Source: a virus
Length of the DNA stretch: 64,000 nucleotides
IMG/VR virus record: IMGVR_UViG_3300045131_002463
Coordinates: 1 to 64,000 of that record
Direction: 5' to 3' (one strand)
Below, piece by piece: positions 30,062-38,569 of this stretch. The position numbers and the translations under genes are program-made. How positions within the stretch are numbered: position 1 is the stretch's first letter; each line of letters opens with the position of its first letter. The notes below the pieces were generated by a model. That model was given only the letters and a program-made list of their open reading frames with translations. It was not told the origin of the DNA and did no database searches.

Positions 30062-30466
30062 TTAGTCACTAGAACTAAAACTTCCACCAGAATCATACGA
30101 AGAAGAGCTATAATCACTAGAAGAAGAACTATAGTCAGAACTTTCCAAGTCTGAAGAAGAGTACGAATTAGAATAATCAGGATCAGTATCTACAGTTGGT
30201 GTACTTTGATCATAACTCTCCCTGCTGCTATAACTTTCAGAGCCGTCGCTCAGCCACATATAAGCCAGCCCAGCTAAAATAAGTGCGTCTGAAAAATCTA
30301 TACCGTCATCTCTTACGTCTCTAATAAAATCTGATCTTCGCATTCCTTCTGATTTTCTTAATCGGTTCCATGCTATTTCACAAGACGCATTAGCCTGTCT
30401 ACTGGACTTCCCAGCAGTGATTAGATCATTAGTACACCGTGCCATAAAAGATTCTTTTGTTTCCAT
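30062..30466 (-). CDS. Hypothetical protein with F-x-x-RC...QA domain and Ser/Asp-rich tail
   Basis: N-terminus similar to ORFs 35677 and 35869. Confidence 0.7.
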   Translation of the reverse strand: METKESFMARCTNDLITAGKSSRQANASCEIAWNRLRKSEGMRRSDFIRDVRDDGIDFSDALILAGLAYMWLSDGSESYSSRESYDQSTPTVDTDPDYSNSYSSSDLESSDYSSSSSDYSSSSYDSGGSFSSSD

Positions 30467-30480
30467 TTTTTCTCCGTAGT

Positions 30481-31500
30481 TTATTTTTCTTTTAGAAGAT
30501 ACTCATTATTATGGACCTTCGCACTGAGTAAACTGTAACCTAGCGCAGGTGAAAGCCTAGACACAACAGGTCTTATAACTATACCTTCTCTCTGATTCTT
30601 AGTGCCTTCATAATACCCTTCTGCCTTCTTCAGTAGATCATCAAGTGTATGATTAAAAGTATACTCATCTTCAATAGGGACTGTTTTAAGCCCTAATTTC
30701 TTACAGACCTCAAGAAGCTCTTCTTTACCTCCATACACTCCCCTATCTAAGAAGAACACGTTAAAAGCGAAAGCATCTAAACCTTTTAACTGTAAAGGAT
30801 TTTTCTGCACGCCTTCTCCGCATAACTCAAGTTGAATGTATATATTCTCATTCAACGCCGCAAACTTTTCTTCTAAACCATAACTAAGGGCTACCTTCCA
30901 GAAAGCATTGGTTTCGTCTTTATCTAAATTCAAATTTCTAGAGCATACGCCAAAAGGATCTTCAATTCCTTTATTATAATACACTGTCATAGAAGATCCG
31001 TCAAGCTTTATTGTCTGATATATATCTAGTCCGGCGAATTCATAGAAAAGTTTAAGGTGACTCTGTAGGCGGTATTCATCAGTTTTTCTAACGAATACAG
31101 GCAGCGTTCCTTTAGTATTTCCGCCTAGTTTAGCAGAAGGACCTGAGGCCTCATAAGGATCATATTTCTTAACCCCAAGTTGCCGAGTGACATCATCCCC
31201 TTCCTGAAGATAACTCTTATTAAGATTAAGAGAAGCAATAGGAAGAGCTAGGCCCTGACTTAGTGTCCCTTTCAATCTCATTGTCTTTACCCGAAATTTT
31301 CTCGGGCGCATAAATTCGAAAACTTCCTGCTCAGGAAGGATAGAGTCTACTTCAAAATAAGCGCATAAGTCTCCTACCTGAAATTCCCCCTTCCTAGTTA
31401 CCGCTCTCCATCCCATTACCTCGGCAAGTTCAATAAAATCGGCACCTTCTATCGGGGTTAAAGACTTAATACGCTGAATTGTAACTAACGATCTTTCCAT
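30481..31500 (-). CDS. ATP-dependent RNA ligase (DRB0094-like, with N-terminal OB module)
   Basis: PIEGADFIELAEVMGW...YFEVDS...LSQGL N-terminal domain; KLDGSS motif I, ELCGEGVQKN, REGIVIR, SAKVHNNEYL. Confidence 0.9.
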   Translation of the reverse strand: MERSLVTIQRIKSLTPIEGADFIELAEVMGWRAVTRKGEFQVGDLCAYFEVDSILPEQEVFEFMRPRKFRVKTMRLKGTLSQGLALPIASLNLNKSYLQEGDDVTRQLGVKKYDPYEASGPSAKLGGNTKGTLPVFVRKTDEYRLQSHLKLFYEFAGLDIYQTIKLDGSSMTVYYNKGIEDPFGVCSRNLNLDKDETNAFWKVALSYGLEEKFAALNENIYIQLELCGEGVQKNPLQLKGLDAFAFNVFFLDRGVYGGKEELLEVCKKLGLKTVPIEDEYTFNHTLDDLLKKAEGYYEGTKNQREGIVIRPVVSRLSPALGYSLLSAKVHNNEYLLKEK

Positions 31501-31745
31501 TTATTTCTCCGTCAACCATTTTATGTTAATTTTTAAATGACTACAAATCTCATCAACAGAATATCTTTCCTCTCCCTCCTGCCCATACCAGATATCAACA
31601 TGCTCAGACATACCATCAACTTTCACCATGACATTTACTCTATATCCTTCTTCCTGCCTAGTAAAAATGGCATTACCTGCTGTATATAAATTATCATACT
31701 CATCCTGTCCCGGAAATAAAGTTATTTTATAATTGAAGGAATCCA

Positions 31746-32054
31746 TTATTTTTCCATTTCCTCAATTTTTTTATTCAGAAACCAAGCGGCCTTTTTCAGG
31801 TCTTCTAGCGGCTTACCCTTTCTCTGATATCTCGATAGATATTTTATCACTGACCCAAGATAAAAATCAAGCTCCCATGCGTTTATCACATCAATAGGCT
31901 GTATAGAAGAGTACTGATAATGCTCTGGTTTATTTACTGGATCAGCCTCTTCCTTAGGAGGTTTACATTTAGGCATAGGAGGGAACTTAGTTACCCTAGG
32001 CAAGCCATAAGAATATGAACCATAATGCCCTACTAGTAGATTATTCTCGCTCAT
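31746..32054 (-). CDS. DUF3310-family phage protein
   Basis: DPVNKPEHY...IDVI...FYLGSVIKYLSRY..KG...EDLKKAAWFL. Confidence 0.85.
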   Translation of the reverse strand: MSENNLLVGHYGSYSYGLPRVTKFPPMPKCKPPKEEADPVNKPEHYQYSSIQPIDVINAWELDFYLGSVIKYLSRYQRKGKPLEDLKKAAWFLNKKIEEMEK

Positions 32055-32061
32055 TTATTAG

Positions 32062-32919
32062 TTATCCTTTCAACGATGCCACAGGAGTTAACTCAATAAC
32101 TATATCTACTAAATCTTCCTGGTTTTTCATTACGACTGTAATATCTTTATAGCTTCCTACGGCTTCGTCTAAATCTGCTTGGTTTCTAATACCATGGACA
32201 ATGCCTTGATCATCTAGCATCTTTTTTTCTACTTCTAAATTTAACTCGGCCTTAGCCCTAGTTCTACTCATTGTCCTTCCTGCTCCATGAGAACTAGAAA
32301 AGAAAGAATCAGGATTACCTTTTCCCTTTACAATATAGCTTTTAGTGCCGAGACTGCCGGGGATTATTCCTATTTCTCCTTTTTTAGCGGAGGTAGCCCC
32401 TTTTCTATGCACTATAAAATTTTCTTTAAAATGATGCTCATAAGAGGCATAGTTATGAGCGACGTAATATTCCTGAATTACGCTACCTTTAAATCTTTCT
32501 TCTAAAATGTCTTTAATAGTATTAGCTACAATAGCATGATTAAATTTAGCATAAGTCAGACATAAATTCATAGCAGTCCAGTATTCTTCCCCTAGATAAG
32601 AATTTCTGGGTAAAAAATGTAATTCCCAATTAGGGTCTACTTTACTATAATATCTATCGTTTTCTTCCCTAGCCTTTTTATTATAGTAGTTGCCTACTTG
32701 TTGTCCTAAGTTTCTGCTCCCAAAATGTAACATAAACCATATGTTACCTTCATTATCTTTCTGTAATTCACAAAAATGGTTCCCTTCTCCGCAGCTACCA
32801 CACCTAGGAATCTGATGCCTTATAACTTTTCGTATTTCGGGTGGAAGAGAAATATATATCTTTTTAAACTCTTCCGATTTTACCCATTCTTCATAGTCTT
32901 TTGTAATCAAAATGAACAA
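32062..32919 (-). CDS. rtcB: RtcB RNA ligase, C-terminal fragment (probable start TTG at 32910)
   Basis: GNHF, MLHFGSR, AHNYA, HRKGAT, IIPGS.GT.SY, SSHGAGR, DEA..SYKDI motifs. Confidence 0.9.
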   Translation of the reverse strand: MFILITKDYEEWVKSEEFKKIYISLPPEIRKVIRHQIPRCGSCGEGNHFCELQKDNEGNIWFMLHFGSRNLGQQVGNYYNKKAREENDRYYSKVDPNWELHFLPRNSYLGEEYWTAMNLCLTYAKFNHAIVANTIKDILEERFKGSVIQEYYVAHNYASYEHHFKENFIVHRKGATSAKKGEIGIIPGSLGTKSYIVKGKGNPDSFFSSSHGAGRTMSRTRAKAELNLEVEKKMLDDQGIVHGIRNQADLDEAVGSYKDITVVMKNQEDLVDIVIELTPVASLKG

Positions 32920-33653
32920 CTCTCCCAGTTGAGATAATTATCTATATTAGACACAGTGCCTTCTTTGTCTGCTTTAAATTCAGACTCCCACACAACTATC
33001 ACCAAATAACCCATATCCCGTAAGGACTGCATTCTAGCTTCATCCTTATCCCATATACTTTGGGCAGGTATTCCTTTTATTAGATCATCGGTATTATACC
33101 TAGAAGGATTAGCATGCCAGTAATCGCCAAAGAATTCAATAATAGTTCCTTCTTTCTCCGCGACTGCGTCCGGTAAGAACCATTTACCCTCTTCGTTGTG
33201 AAGTGTTATTTTTTCTACATCACATACTTCTTTCAACATAGAGAATAGTTCAAGTTCTAATTTGCTTTCATTACATGAAAAATTATTATTGTTTGGAGAT
33301 ATCTTTTCCTCTCTCCAACTTTTTGTCATATGCTCACTTCTAATTGTTTTCTGTTCCGGGTTGTCCTTATACCATTTAGCGATACGCTTGCTTTGCTCCT
33401 CCTTAAACCCCTCTCTCCTAGGCTTAGATACCGCTTTTATAACCTTGGCTCTGTACTCAGGGTCCTTCCATTTTTCCACAGAGGCTACTTTGTTTATTGC
33501 TACTAATTTATCTTTAGTAGCTTGTGTATGCTTTTTACCATAAAAAGGATTATTGATGCCCGACCTATCTCTGTGTTTGGTACAAAATCCACTTTTATTT
33601 TTTAAGGATAAAGTTCTACCACAAACAGGGCACACTCTATCTATGTTATTCAT
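32907..33653 (-). mobile_element. Free-standing homing-type endonuclease (Zn finger + NUMOD3 + Vsr/DUF559-like domain) inserted in rtcB
   Basis: CPVC...C..H, NNPFYGKKHT..TK (NUMOD3), PD...IIEFFGDYWH...GYLVIVVWESE. Confidence 0.8.
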
Positions 33654-34062
33654 TATTCATCTCTTTTTCTAGTGTTTCTAAATAGTTTACTAAATCTTCA
33701 TCAGGTTCTGGATAATTACCCAACCCGGACGGCACCGCTTCCCTAATTGTCCCTATGGTTTTTTTTAAGTCTTCCTTTGTAAGATTTTTAATGTTTAAAT
33801 TTGTTTTATAGGCAGACATTGAGCATCCAATATCTACCCCTACGCCATTGATAACGAGAGTGTTTTTCGTAGCAAAGATTGCGCCAATGCAGGGACCTTT
33901 TCCAAAATGAGCGTCCCCCATAATGGCTATATATCTACAAGTAAATGGAGCATTGGCTAAGTTCTTAGCTTGCTGCAATGCTCCATCTTCAATGTCATCT
34001 AGCCACATCTTAATAGGAATACGTTCAGAAGAAATTACTTTTTTCATATTAGTCCTCTTCAT
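33646..34062 (-). CDS. rtcB: RtcB RNA ligase, N-terminal fragment
   Basis: ALQQAKNLA, MGDAHFGKG..IG, GVGVDIGCSM, EAVPSG. Confidence 0.9.
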   Translation of the reverse strand: MKRTNMKKVISSERIPIKMWLDDIEDGALQQAKNLANAPFTCRYIAIMGDAHFGKGPCIGAIFATKNTLVINGVGVDIGCSMSAYKTNLNIKNLTKEDLKKTIGTIREAVPSGLGNYPEPDEDLVNYLETLEKEMNNE

Positions 34063-34426
34063 TATCCTGCGTTTTCCCTATTCTTTCCATGAATCTTCTG
34101 ACATCTTCAGCCACATCTCCTAGAAGCTCATATACTTTAGCTCTCTCCCAATCAGTAGAGCATTCTAGAATCAAATCATTAAGCTCCCCTATAAAACTAT
34201 AGGTTTCCTGAATAACCGCTTCTACTACTATATCATAAGGTTTATTTACCGGTTCTTCTATGATAGGTTCTTCTTTAGATTTGTTGGTAAAGTCTATTCC
34301 TGAAAAAGCTGTGGGCTCCCATGTACCCCATTCAGCGGTAGGGTCTGTTACTTTCCATGCTTCCCCTGCGTTATGAAGAAAAAAGGGTCTTCCGTATTCA
34401 TCACGTACAATTTTTGGTTCCATCAT
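34049..34426 (-). CDS. Hypothetical protein
   Basis: GGAG RBS, first gene after promoter 34454-34482. Confidence 0.7.
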   Translation of the reverse strand: MMEPKIVRDEYGRPFFLHNAGEAWKVTDPTAEWGTWEPTAFSGIDFTNKSKEEPIIEEPVNKPYDIVVEAVIQETYSFIGELNDLILECSTDWERAKVYELLGDVAEDVRRFMERIGKTQDNEED

Positions 34427-34453
34427 TTTGCTCCTATTTTAAATTCTTTTCTA

Positions 34454-34482
34454 TGTATACCATAAATTTTAATGCTTGTCAA
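34454..34482 (-). promoter_or_regulatory. Sigma70 promoter TTGACA-17-TATACA driving the rtcB/rnl operon
   Basis: Consensus boxes with TG extension. Confidence 0.75.
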
Positions 34483-34594
34483 GCTTTTTTTGAAGAGGGC
34501 GAAAAAAATGCGGAGAATAGGTCATACATTCTCCGCAAACCCAATGTCGGCATGGTTAGAATTTGCAATCAATTGCAAATATCAGATCAATCGG

Positions 34595-34867
34595 TTATTT
34601 TGTGCGCTTTTTAAACGATTCTTCAGTAACATCTTCTTTTGTAATTTTTACTGTTCCTGGAACATCCCAGATACGACCATCTATATCACGTATACGAAAA
34701 GTATTTCCATCCCATTCGCCATAGCCCACAACATAATGAAGATCATCTACCTCAAAAGCCTGAAGCTTACCAGACTCTTTAGCTTCTCTAGCAGCATCTC
34801 TACTGGCTTTATCTCCACATCCCGCTAATAAAAATAAACATAAGCAAAGTAAAATATATTTTTTCAT
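34595..34867 (-). CDS. Lipoprotein
   Basis: MKKYILLCLCLFLLAGC lipobox. Confidence 0.8.
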   Translation of the reverse strand: MKKYILLCLCLFLLAGCGDKASRDAAREAKESGKLQAFEVDDLHYVVGYGEWDGNTFRIRDIDGRIWDVPGTVKITKEDVTEESFKKRTK

Positions 34868-34882
34868 AATAAACTCCTAAGT

Positions 34883-34968
34883 TGGTGCCGTGGGATCGAT
34901 TTGCACGACCGGTGTTTCTTATGTAAATGCTCTACAGGCATTCGCCTTCGCTACTAGGCAACCACGGC
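34883..34968 (-). tRNA. tRNA-Tyr(GUA), long variable arm, CCA encoded
   Basis: GCCGTGG/CCACGGC-A-CCA; AATGC-CTGTAGA-GCATT; GGTCG-TGCAAAT-CGATC. Confidence 0.85.
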
Positions 34969-34972
34969 AAAA

Positions 34973-35052
34973 TGGAGGCAGGGGCAGGAATTAAACCTGC
35001 GTATAAGGGTAGTTTTGCAAAACTACCCACCTAATCTCTCGGTCACCCCGCC
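34973..35052 (-). tRNA. tRNA-Cys(GCA)-like with an enlarged anticodon arm
   Basis: GGCGGGG/CCCTGCC-T-CCA (U73 Cys discriminator); GGGTAGT-TTTGCAAA-ACTACCC; GCAGG-TTTAATT-CCTGC. Confidence 0.7.
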
Positions 35053-35058
35053 TTATCT

Positions 35059-35379
35059 TTACCCACCACCCATAAGGCGAGTAATATCGTGTTTTTCTTT
35101 TTCTAAATCTTTGCGCGCTTTTTCTGCTAAAGATTCAAGAAACTCAGCCTTCTCTCTAGTAGAGACTAAAATTTGGGCCACCGCTTCTTTAGATCTTCCT
35201 AAATAACTATTTAGTTCCTCATGCAAATTAGTCGCAAGTGCAGGAAACTGCCCATTATTTACTATTACAGGAGCAGGGTTTATAATTTCCATTTCTGGTT
35301 CAGACATAACAACTTCCTCTATCGCTTCTTGTTTTTTCTTCTTCGGGAAAGTATAATTATTTACAATTTCTATTGTCAT
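35059..35379 (-). CDS. Hypothetical protein between tRNAs
   Basis: ORF track; C-terminal coiled coil. Confidence 0.65.
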   Translation of the reverse strand: MTIEIVNNYTFPKKKKQEAIEEVVMSEPEMEIINPAPVIVNNGQFPALATNLHEELNSYLGRSKEAVAQILVSTREKAEFLESLAEKARKDLEKEKHDITRLMGGG

Positions 35380-35388
35380 ATTTTTTAT

Positions 35389-35464
35389 TGGCGACTCCTG
35401 CGGGGTATGATCCCGCTCCGATAGTTCGACAGACTATCATGCTGCCAGCTTACACTAAGGAGCC
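35389..35464 (-). tRNA. tRNA-Asp(GUC), CCA encoded
   Basis: GGCTCCT/AGGAGTC-G-CCA; ATAGT-CTGTCGA-ACTAT; GCGGG-ATCATAC-CCCGC. Confidence 0.85.
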
Positions 35465-35470
35465 TTTAAA

Positions 35471-35594
35471 ATAACGCGGGTTGGATTTTAACCAACGGTT
35501 GTCTTAGCATGAACACAATTGTTGCCTAGGCTATAGTGCCCCGCCTTGATCACGCCTCTCAGGCGCTCCTCTAAACACTCGGATACCGCGTTAT
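35471..35594 (-). ncRNA. tRNA-like RNA with acceptor, D and T arms, ~55-nt insertion and no CCA
   Basis: ATAACGCGG/CCGCGTTAT stem, TCC-GAGTGTTTAGA-GGA, GCGCC-TGAGA-GGCGT, GTTGG-TTAAAAT-CCAAC. Confidence 0.6.
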
Positions 35595-35596
35595 AT

Positions 35597-35672
35597 TGGT
35601 AGCGGGGACCGGGGATGATCCGGCACAGACTGCCTTATGAGGGCAGTGCTCTACCAATTAAGCTACCCCGCA
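35597..35672 (-). tRNA. tRNA with CAU anticodon (Met or Ile2), CCA encoded
   Basis: TGCGGGG/CCCCGCT-A-CCA (1:72 mismatch); CTGCC-CTCATAA-GGCAG; GCCGG-ATCATCC-CCGGT. Confidence 0.85.
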
Positions 35673-35676
35673 ATAA

Positions 35677-35868
35677 TTATTCATCAAATTCAATGTTATC
35701 TAAACTAGACATGGCATCAAATTTTCTGCCTTTGGACTTCTTATTGAACATCCCACTACATATTCCAGCTGCTTGTGCGGGAAATGATCCTTCTTTTATT
35801 AGGGCGGGAATACATCTATCCATAAAGTCTTTTTCCGCTTCTCCTGGCTTGGGGTAAGGTATAGGCAT
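35677..35868 (-). CDS. Small protein with P..GE...F..RC...QA.GIC motif
   Basis: Paralogous to the adjacent 35869 ORF. Confidence 0.7.
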   Translation of the reverse strand: MPIPYPKPGEAEKDFMDRCIPALIKEGSFPAQAAGICSGMFNKKSKGRKFDAMSSLDNIEFDE

Positions 35869-36081
35869 TTAAGGAGTCTCCTCTAGTGTAGGGAAGCCCC
35901 AGGTCGATTCATTATCGAGCGATGCCCCCAGGTCTGGATTTCTTTGTGATCTATTAAAAATAGCATTAGATATAATACGCGCCTCTTTCTCAGTCTTACC
36001 ATTTTCCCTTAACAAGGGAATACAACGCGCTACAAAATCATCTACATTTTCTCCTTTTACAGGATCCGGAGTTAAATTCAT
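35869..36081 (-). CDS. Small protein, paralog of 35677
   Basis: PVKGENVDDFVARCIP. Confidence 0.7.
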   Translation of the reverse strand: MNLTPDPVKGENVDDFVARCIPLLRENGKTEKEARIISNAIFNRSQRNPDLGASLDNESTWGFPTLEETP

Positions 36082-36377
36082 GTCTTATCCTCTTTTTCAA
36101 TAATTATTCTCCTAGTCCCTAGATCTGGAGTAGAAGAAGGAGAAGCGCAACATATAGTTGCGCTTTGTTCCAATTCGAACTTGGTCTGTATTTTTTCTAT
36201 CGGCTCTCTACCCATGATTAGACCTACTATATTTTTAAATTCAAGGGAGCTGAGGCTATCGTAGGGTAGTTTGTTGTAGATATCTTCTATCTCTTCTAAA
36301 GTAGTGCTAAACCTCAATACTACATCTTGATTTCTTCCTACTGGGCTGAAGTATGAGGCGCACTCCTTTAATTCCAT
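36078..36377 (-). CDS. Hypothetical protein immediately downstream of Ro60
   Basis: Starts 1 nt after the Ro60 stop; RRIIIEK near the C-terminus. Confidence 0.7.
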   Translation of the reverse strand: MELKECASYFSPVGRNQDVVLRFSTTLEEIEDIYNKLPYDSLSSLEFKNIVGLIMGREPIEKIQTKFELEQSATICCASPSSTPDLGTRRIIIEKEDKT

Positions 36378-36378
36378 T

Positions 36379-37911
36379 TTACATTCCCATAATATGTCTC
36401 TTTAATGCTTTCCAAGAATCTAGCCCACCTAAAACGTGAAAAATATTAGGGGACCAGCCAGAGACCATATAAACATCTTTTTGCATAATGTCAATGGGGT
36501 AGGTACCGTAAGAAGACAAATCAAACATATATATCTTAGCAGTTGGGTTTAATTGTTTATACTTATTCCACGAACGCTCAAACGCTGATCTATTCACACT
36601 GGAATCTCGAGCCCCATAAAAATGGCTATGCCTACCAAGACCCAGATCTGAATATATCTGTGAATCCGAGAAAAACATTACATTATCTACGTGCAAATTT
36701 CCAGAAATAAGCCAATCAATTACGCGATAACCATACGTGCTTAATCCTACTGAGGGCAGCTGAACTCCGCCTATTATTTGGTTTCCAAAAGGCGCTACAG
36801 CCCAGTCATTTCCGAAAACTCCAGTTATAACTTTCCCGCATTTCTTAGCCAGCATTCTTCCTAAAAGGATGCCTACATCTATAAGTCTTATAGAAGAGTT
36901 TTTTGAAAGTGGATCATTCATAGAACCACTTACATCACACGCTATAAGCGTGGCTTCTTTTTTAAGATCCCCTATACCGGGAATATTATCAATAGAAATT
37001 ATAAGAGCTTTCTCAAACACTTCCTGAAACCTATTCATGTTCATTTGAATCTCAGGATCGCGCTCTTCCATCAATCTAGCAAAAGCAGAATACCATCTAA
37101 ATGGAAATTGTTTAGATTTAAGGATCTGTTGTTCATTCCCTAAAAGTGCTATCAATTTTTGAATATGCTCTTCACTAATACCAGCCTTCAACATGTTTTT
37201 AATATTACGAAGAGCTGCCATATAAGGAATACTATTAGTATCTAGTAGATTCTCCCATGCAGCTTTCTTAGCTACTGGATCAGAACCAGCGGCTGATATA
37301 TCCACTTCCCATGTGGTAATAGGATCTAGGGCATCCTCTAGTATCTGTTTGTATACAGAGCTTTCTTCTCCTGTTCTGGGCTTAGGGTGACATAAGCATA
37401 GGACATCTTTAAATGTAATCTTTTCTTTACTCTGCTTATCGTATTTTCTAAACTGATAACTATTAAATTTACTAAAAGATTCCGCTATACCTTTCTTTAA
37501 GGCATTAGGAATTTTTCTAATATCATGTCCGCCTTTACCTTTTATCCCCTGCCAAGCAGCTAATAGTTCTTTTATTTCATCTGCCCTAGATACAACCCTA
37601 GATACCATAGAGGCAGTAAGTTTATCGTTAAGAGCCAGCCCAACTAGCAGCACTAACGGTACCGACCTAAGGTACATATCTTTACGTAGGTAAACCGCTA
37701 AATTAGCCACGAACTGTGGGTCACATTTAGGAATTAAATCTAGAATAGTAGCAATAGTCTGATCGGTTTTCTTATAGAAAGTGTCTTGCAGTAGGTTACA
37801 AGCTGTAACCGAGTAAAGCTGTTGCTCTGGATCCAGACCTATATATGCTACTGCCCCTTCTTCGTTTACTGTTCTTCTTCGATTCTCTGCAACTTCATTA
37901 AACCTAGACAT
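36379..37911 (-). CDS. rsr: Ro60/Rsr (TROVE + vWA) RNA-binding protein
   Basis: TVNEEGAVAY N-terminus, VYLRKDMYLRS, SRADE, YQFRKY, LCHPKP, TWE..ISA.G, PYMAALRNI, SKQFPFR, vWA MIDAS DVSGSM, FSDSQ, VSGWS. Confidence 0.95.
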   Translation of the reverse strand: MSRFNEVAENRRRTVNEEGAVAYIGLDPEQQLYSVTACNLLQDTFYKKTDQTIATILDLIPKCDPQFVANLAVYLRKDMYLRSVPLVLLVGLALNDKLTASMVSRVVSRADEIKELLAAWQGIKGKGGHDIRKIPNALKKGIAESFSKFNSYQFRKYDKQSKEKITFKDVLCLCHPKPRTGEESSVYKQILEDALDPITTWEVDISAAGSDPVAKKAAWENLLDTNSIPYMAALRNIKNMLKAGISEEHIQKLIALLGNEQQILKSKQFPFRWYSAFARLMEERDPEIQMNMNRFQEVFEKALIISIDNIPGIGDLKKEATLIACDVSGSMNDPLSKNSSIRLIDVGILLGRMLAKKCGKVITGVFGNDWAVAPFGNQIIGGVQLPSVGLSTYGYRVIDWLISGNLHVDNVMFFSDSQIYSDLGLGRHSHFYGARDSSVNRSAFERSWNKYKQLNPTAKIYMFDLSSYGTYPIDIMQKDVYMVSGWSPNIFHVLGGLDSWKALKRHIMGM

Positions 37912-37940
37912 ATTTTTAACTCCTTGAAATTTATGAAAAA

Positions 37941-38052
37941 GCGCGGGGAAAGGACTATAACGGGTTTACTGCAGGATTCCAACCTGCAATCCTAGATTGT
38001 TGTCTAGTGTGTTTAGCATTTCACGAAGTATCCGTTATATACGCCGCCGCAC
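37941..38052 (-). ncRNA. Y RNA-like unit 6 (gene-proximal), with a D/anticodon/T-like three-hairpin domain
   Basis: GUGCGG-CGGCGUA-UAUAACGGA-UACUUC...; hairpins GUG/CAC, CUAGA/UCUAG, GCAGG-UUGGAAU-CCUGC. Confidence 0.75.
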
Positions 38053-38068
38053 CACAAAAGCCAATGTA

Positions 38069-38194
38069 AAGCGCTAGGAAAAAGCTAGAAGAGAAATGCG
38101 TCTCACCAACTGACGCCCTCAACTTTCGTTGGGATCGATTCGAACGATTACTCATTTTTAATAAGAAGTAACTCTTCTATACGCCGTAGCGCTT
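38069..38194 (-). ncRNA. Y RNA-like unit 5, YrlA-type permuted tRNA domain (T arm - closed acceptor stem - D arm)
   Basis: AAGCGCUA-CGGCGUA-UAGAAGAG...; AUCG-UUCGAAU-CGAU, CAAC-GAAA-GUUG, GCGUC-AGUUGGUGA-GACGC. Confidence 0.85.
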
Positions 38195-38204
38195 AATTAA
38201 AAAG

Positions 38205-38332
38205 TTTGGCAGGAAAAAAGCTGAAAGAGGTGTTTGTGCCCTTTTTTATTTTTACAAGGAAAAACCTATTGCTAGGATAAAACCTTTGGTGGACATTTAC
38301 TGTGAAGTATCTCTCTCATACGCCGTGCCAAA
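38205..38332 (-). ncRNA. Y RNA-like unit 4
   Basis: UUUGGCA-CGGCGUA-UGAGAGAGA-UACUUC...GCUUUUUUCC-UGCCAAA; internal CCUA-GCAA-UAGG hairpin. Confidence 0.75.
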
Positions 38333-38343
38333 TAGGTAAAAGA

Positions 38344-38414
38344 TACCGGGGTAAAAGCGATTAAGGAGTCGTCCTAAACTAAAGATGAAGTAACCTTATT
38401 CTACGCCGCCGGTA
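38344..38414 (-). ncRNA. Y RNA-like unit 3 (minimal, ~71 nt)
   Basis: UACCGG-CGGCGUA-GAAUAAGG-U-UACUUC...CCUUAAUC-GCUUUUACC-CCGGUA. Confidence 0.75.
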
Positions 38415-38425
38415 ATTTTTTTTAA

Positions 38426-38557
38426 AAAAAGAGGGAAAAAATGATTAGAGAGATTTTCGCGTTTTAGTTAAACTATCTCCACAAAGTGAAGAGCAGAATT
38501 CTATATCTGCATCACGTCATTGGCATTGAAGTAACTCTAATCTACGCCGCTCTTTTT
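38426..38557 (-). ncRNA. Y RNA-like unit 2, with a three-hairpin insert
   Basis: AAAAAGAG-CGGCGUA-GAUUAGAG-U-UACUUC...; GCAGA/UCUGC, UCUUCAC/GUGGAGA, UAGU/ACUA hairpins. Confidence 0.75.
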
Positions 38558-38569
38558 ATTTTTTTATTT

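Noticed and set aside
32907-33653. Group I intron or intein in rtcB
   Set aside because: ORFs overlap with no room for a ribozyme core, the frames are discontinuous, and there are no C/S...HN intein ends
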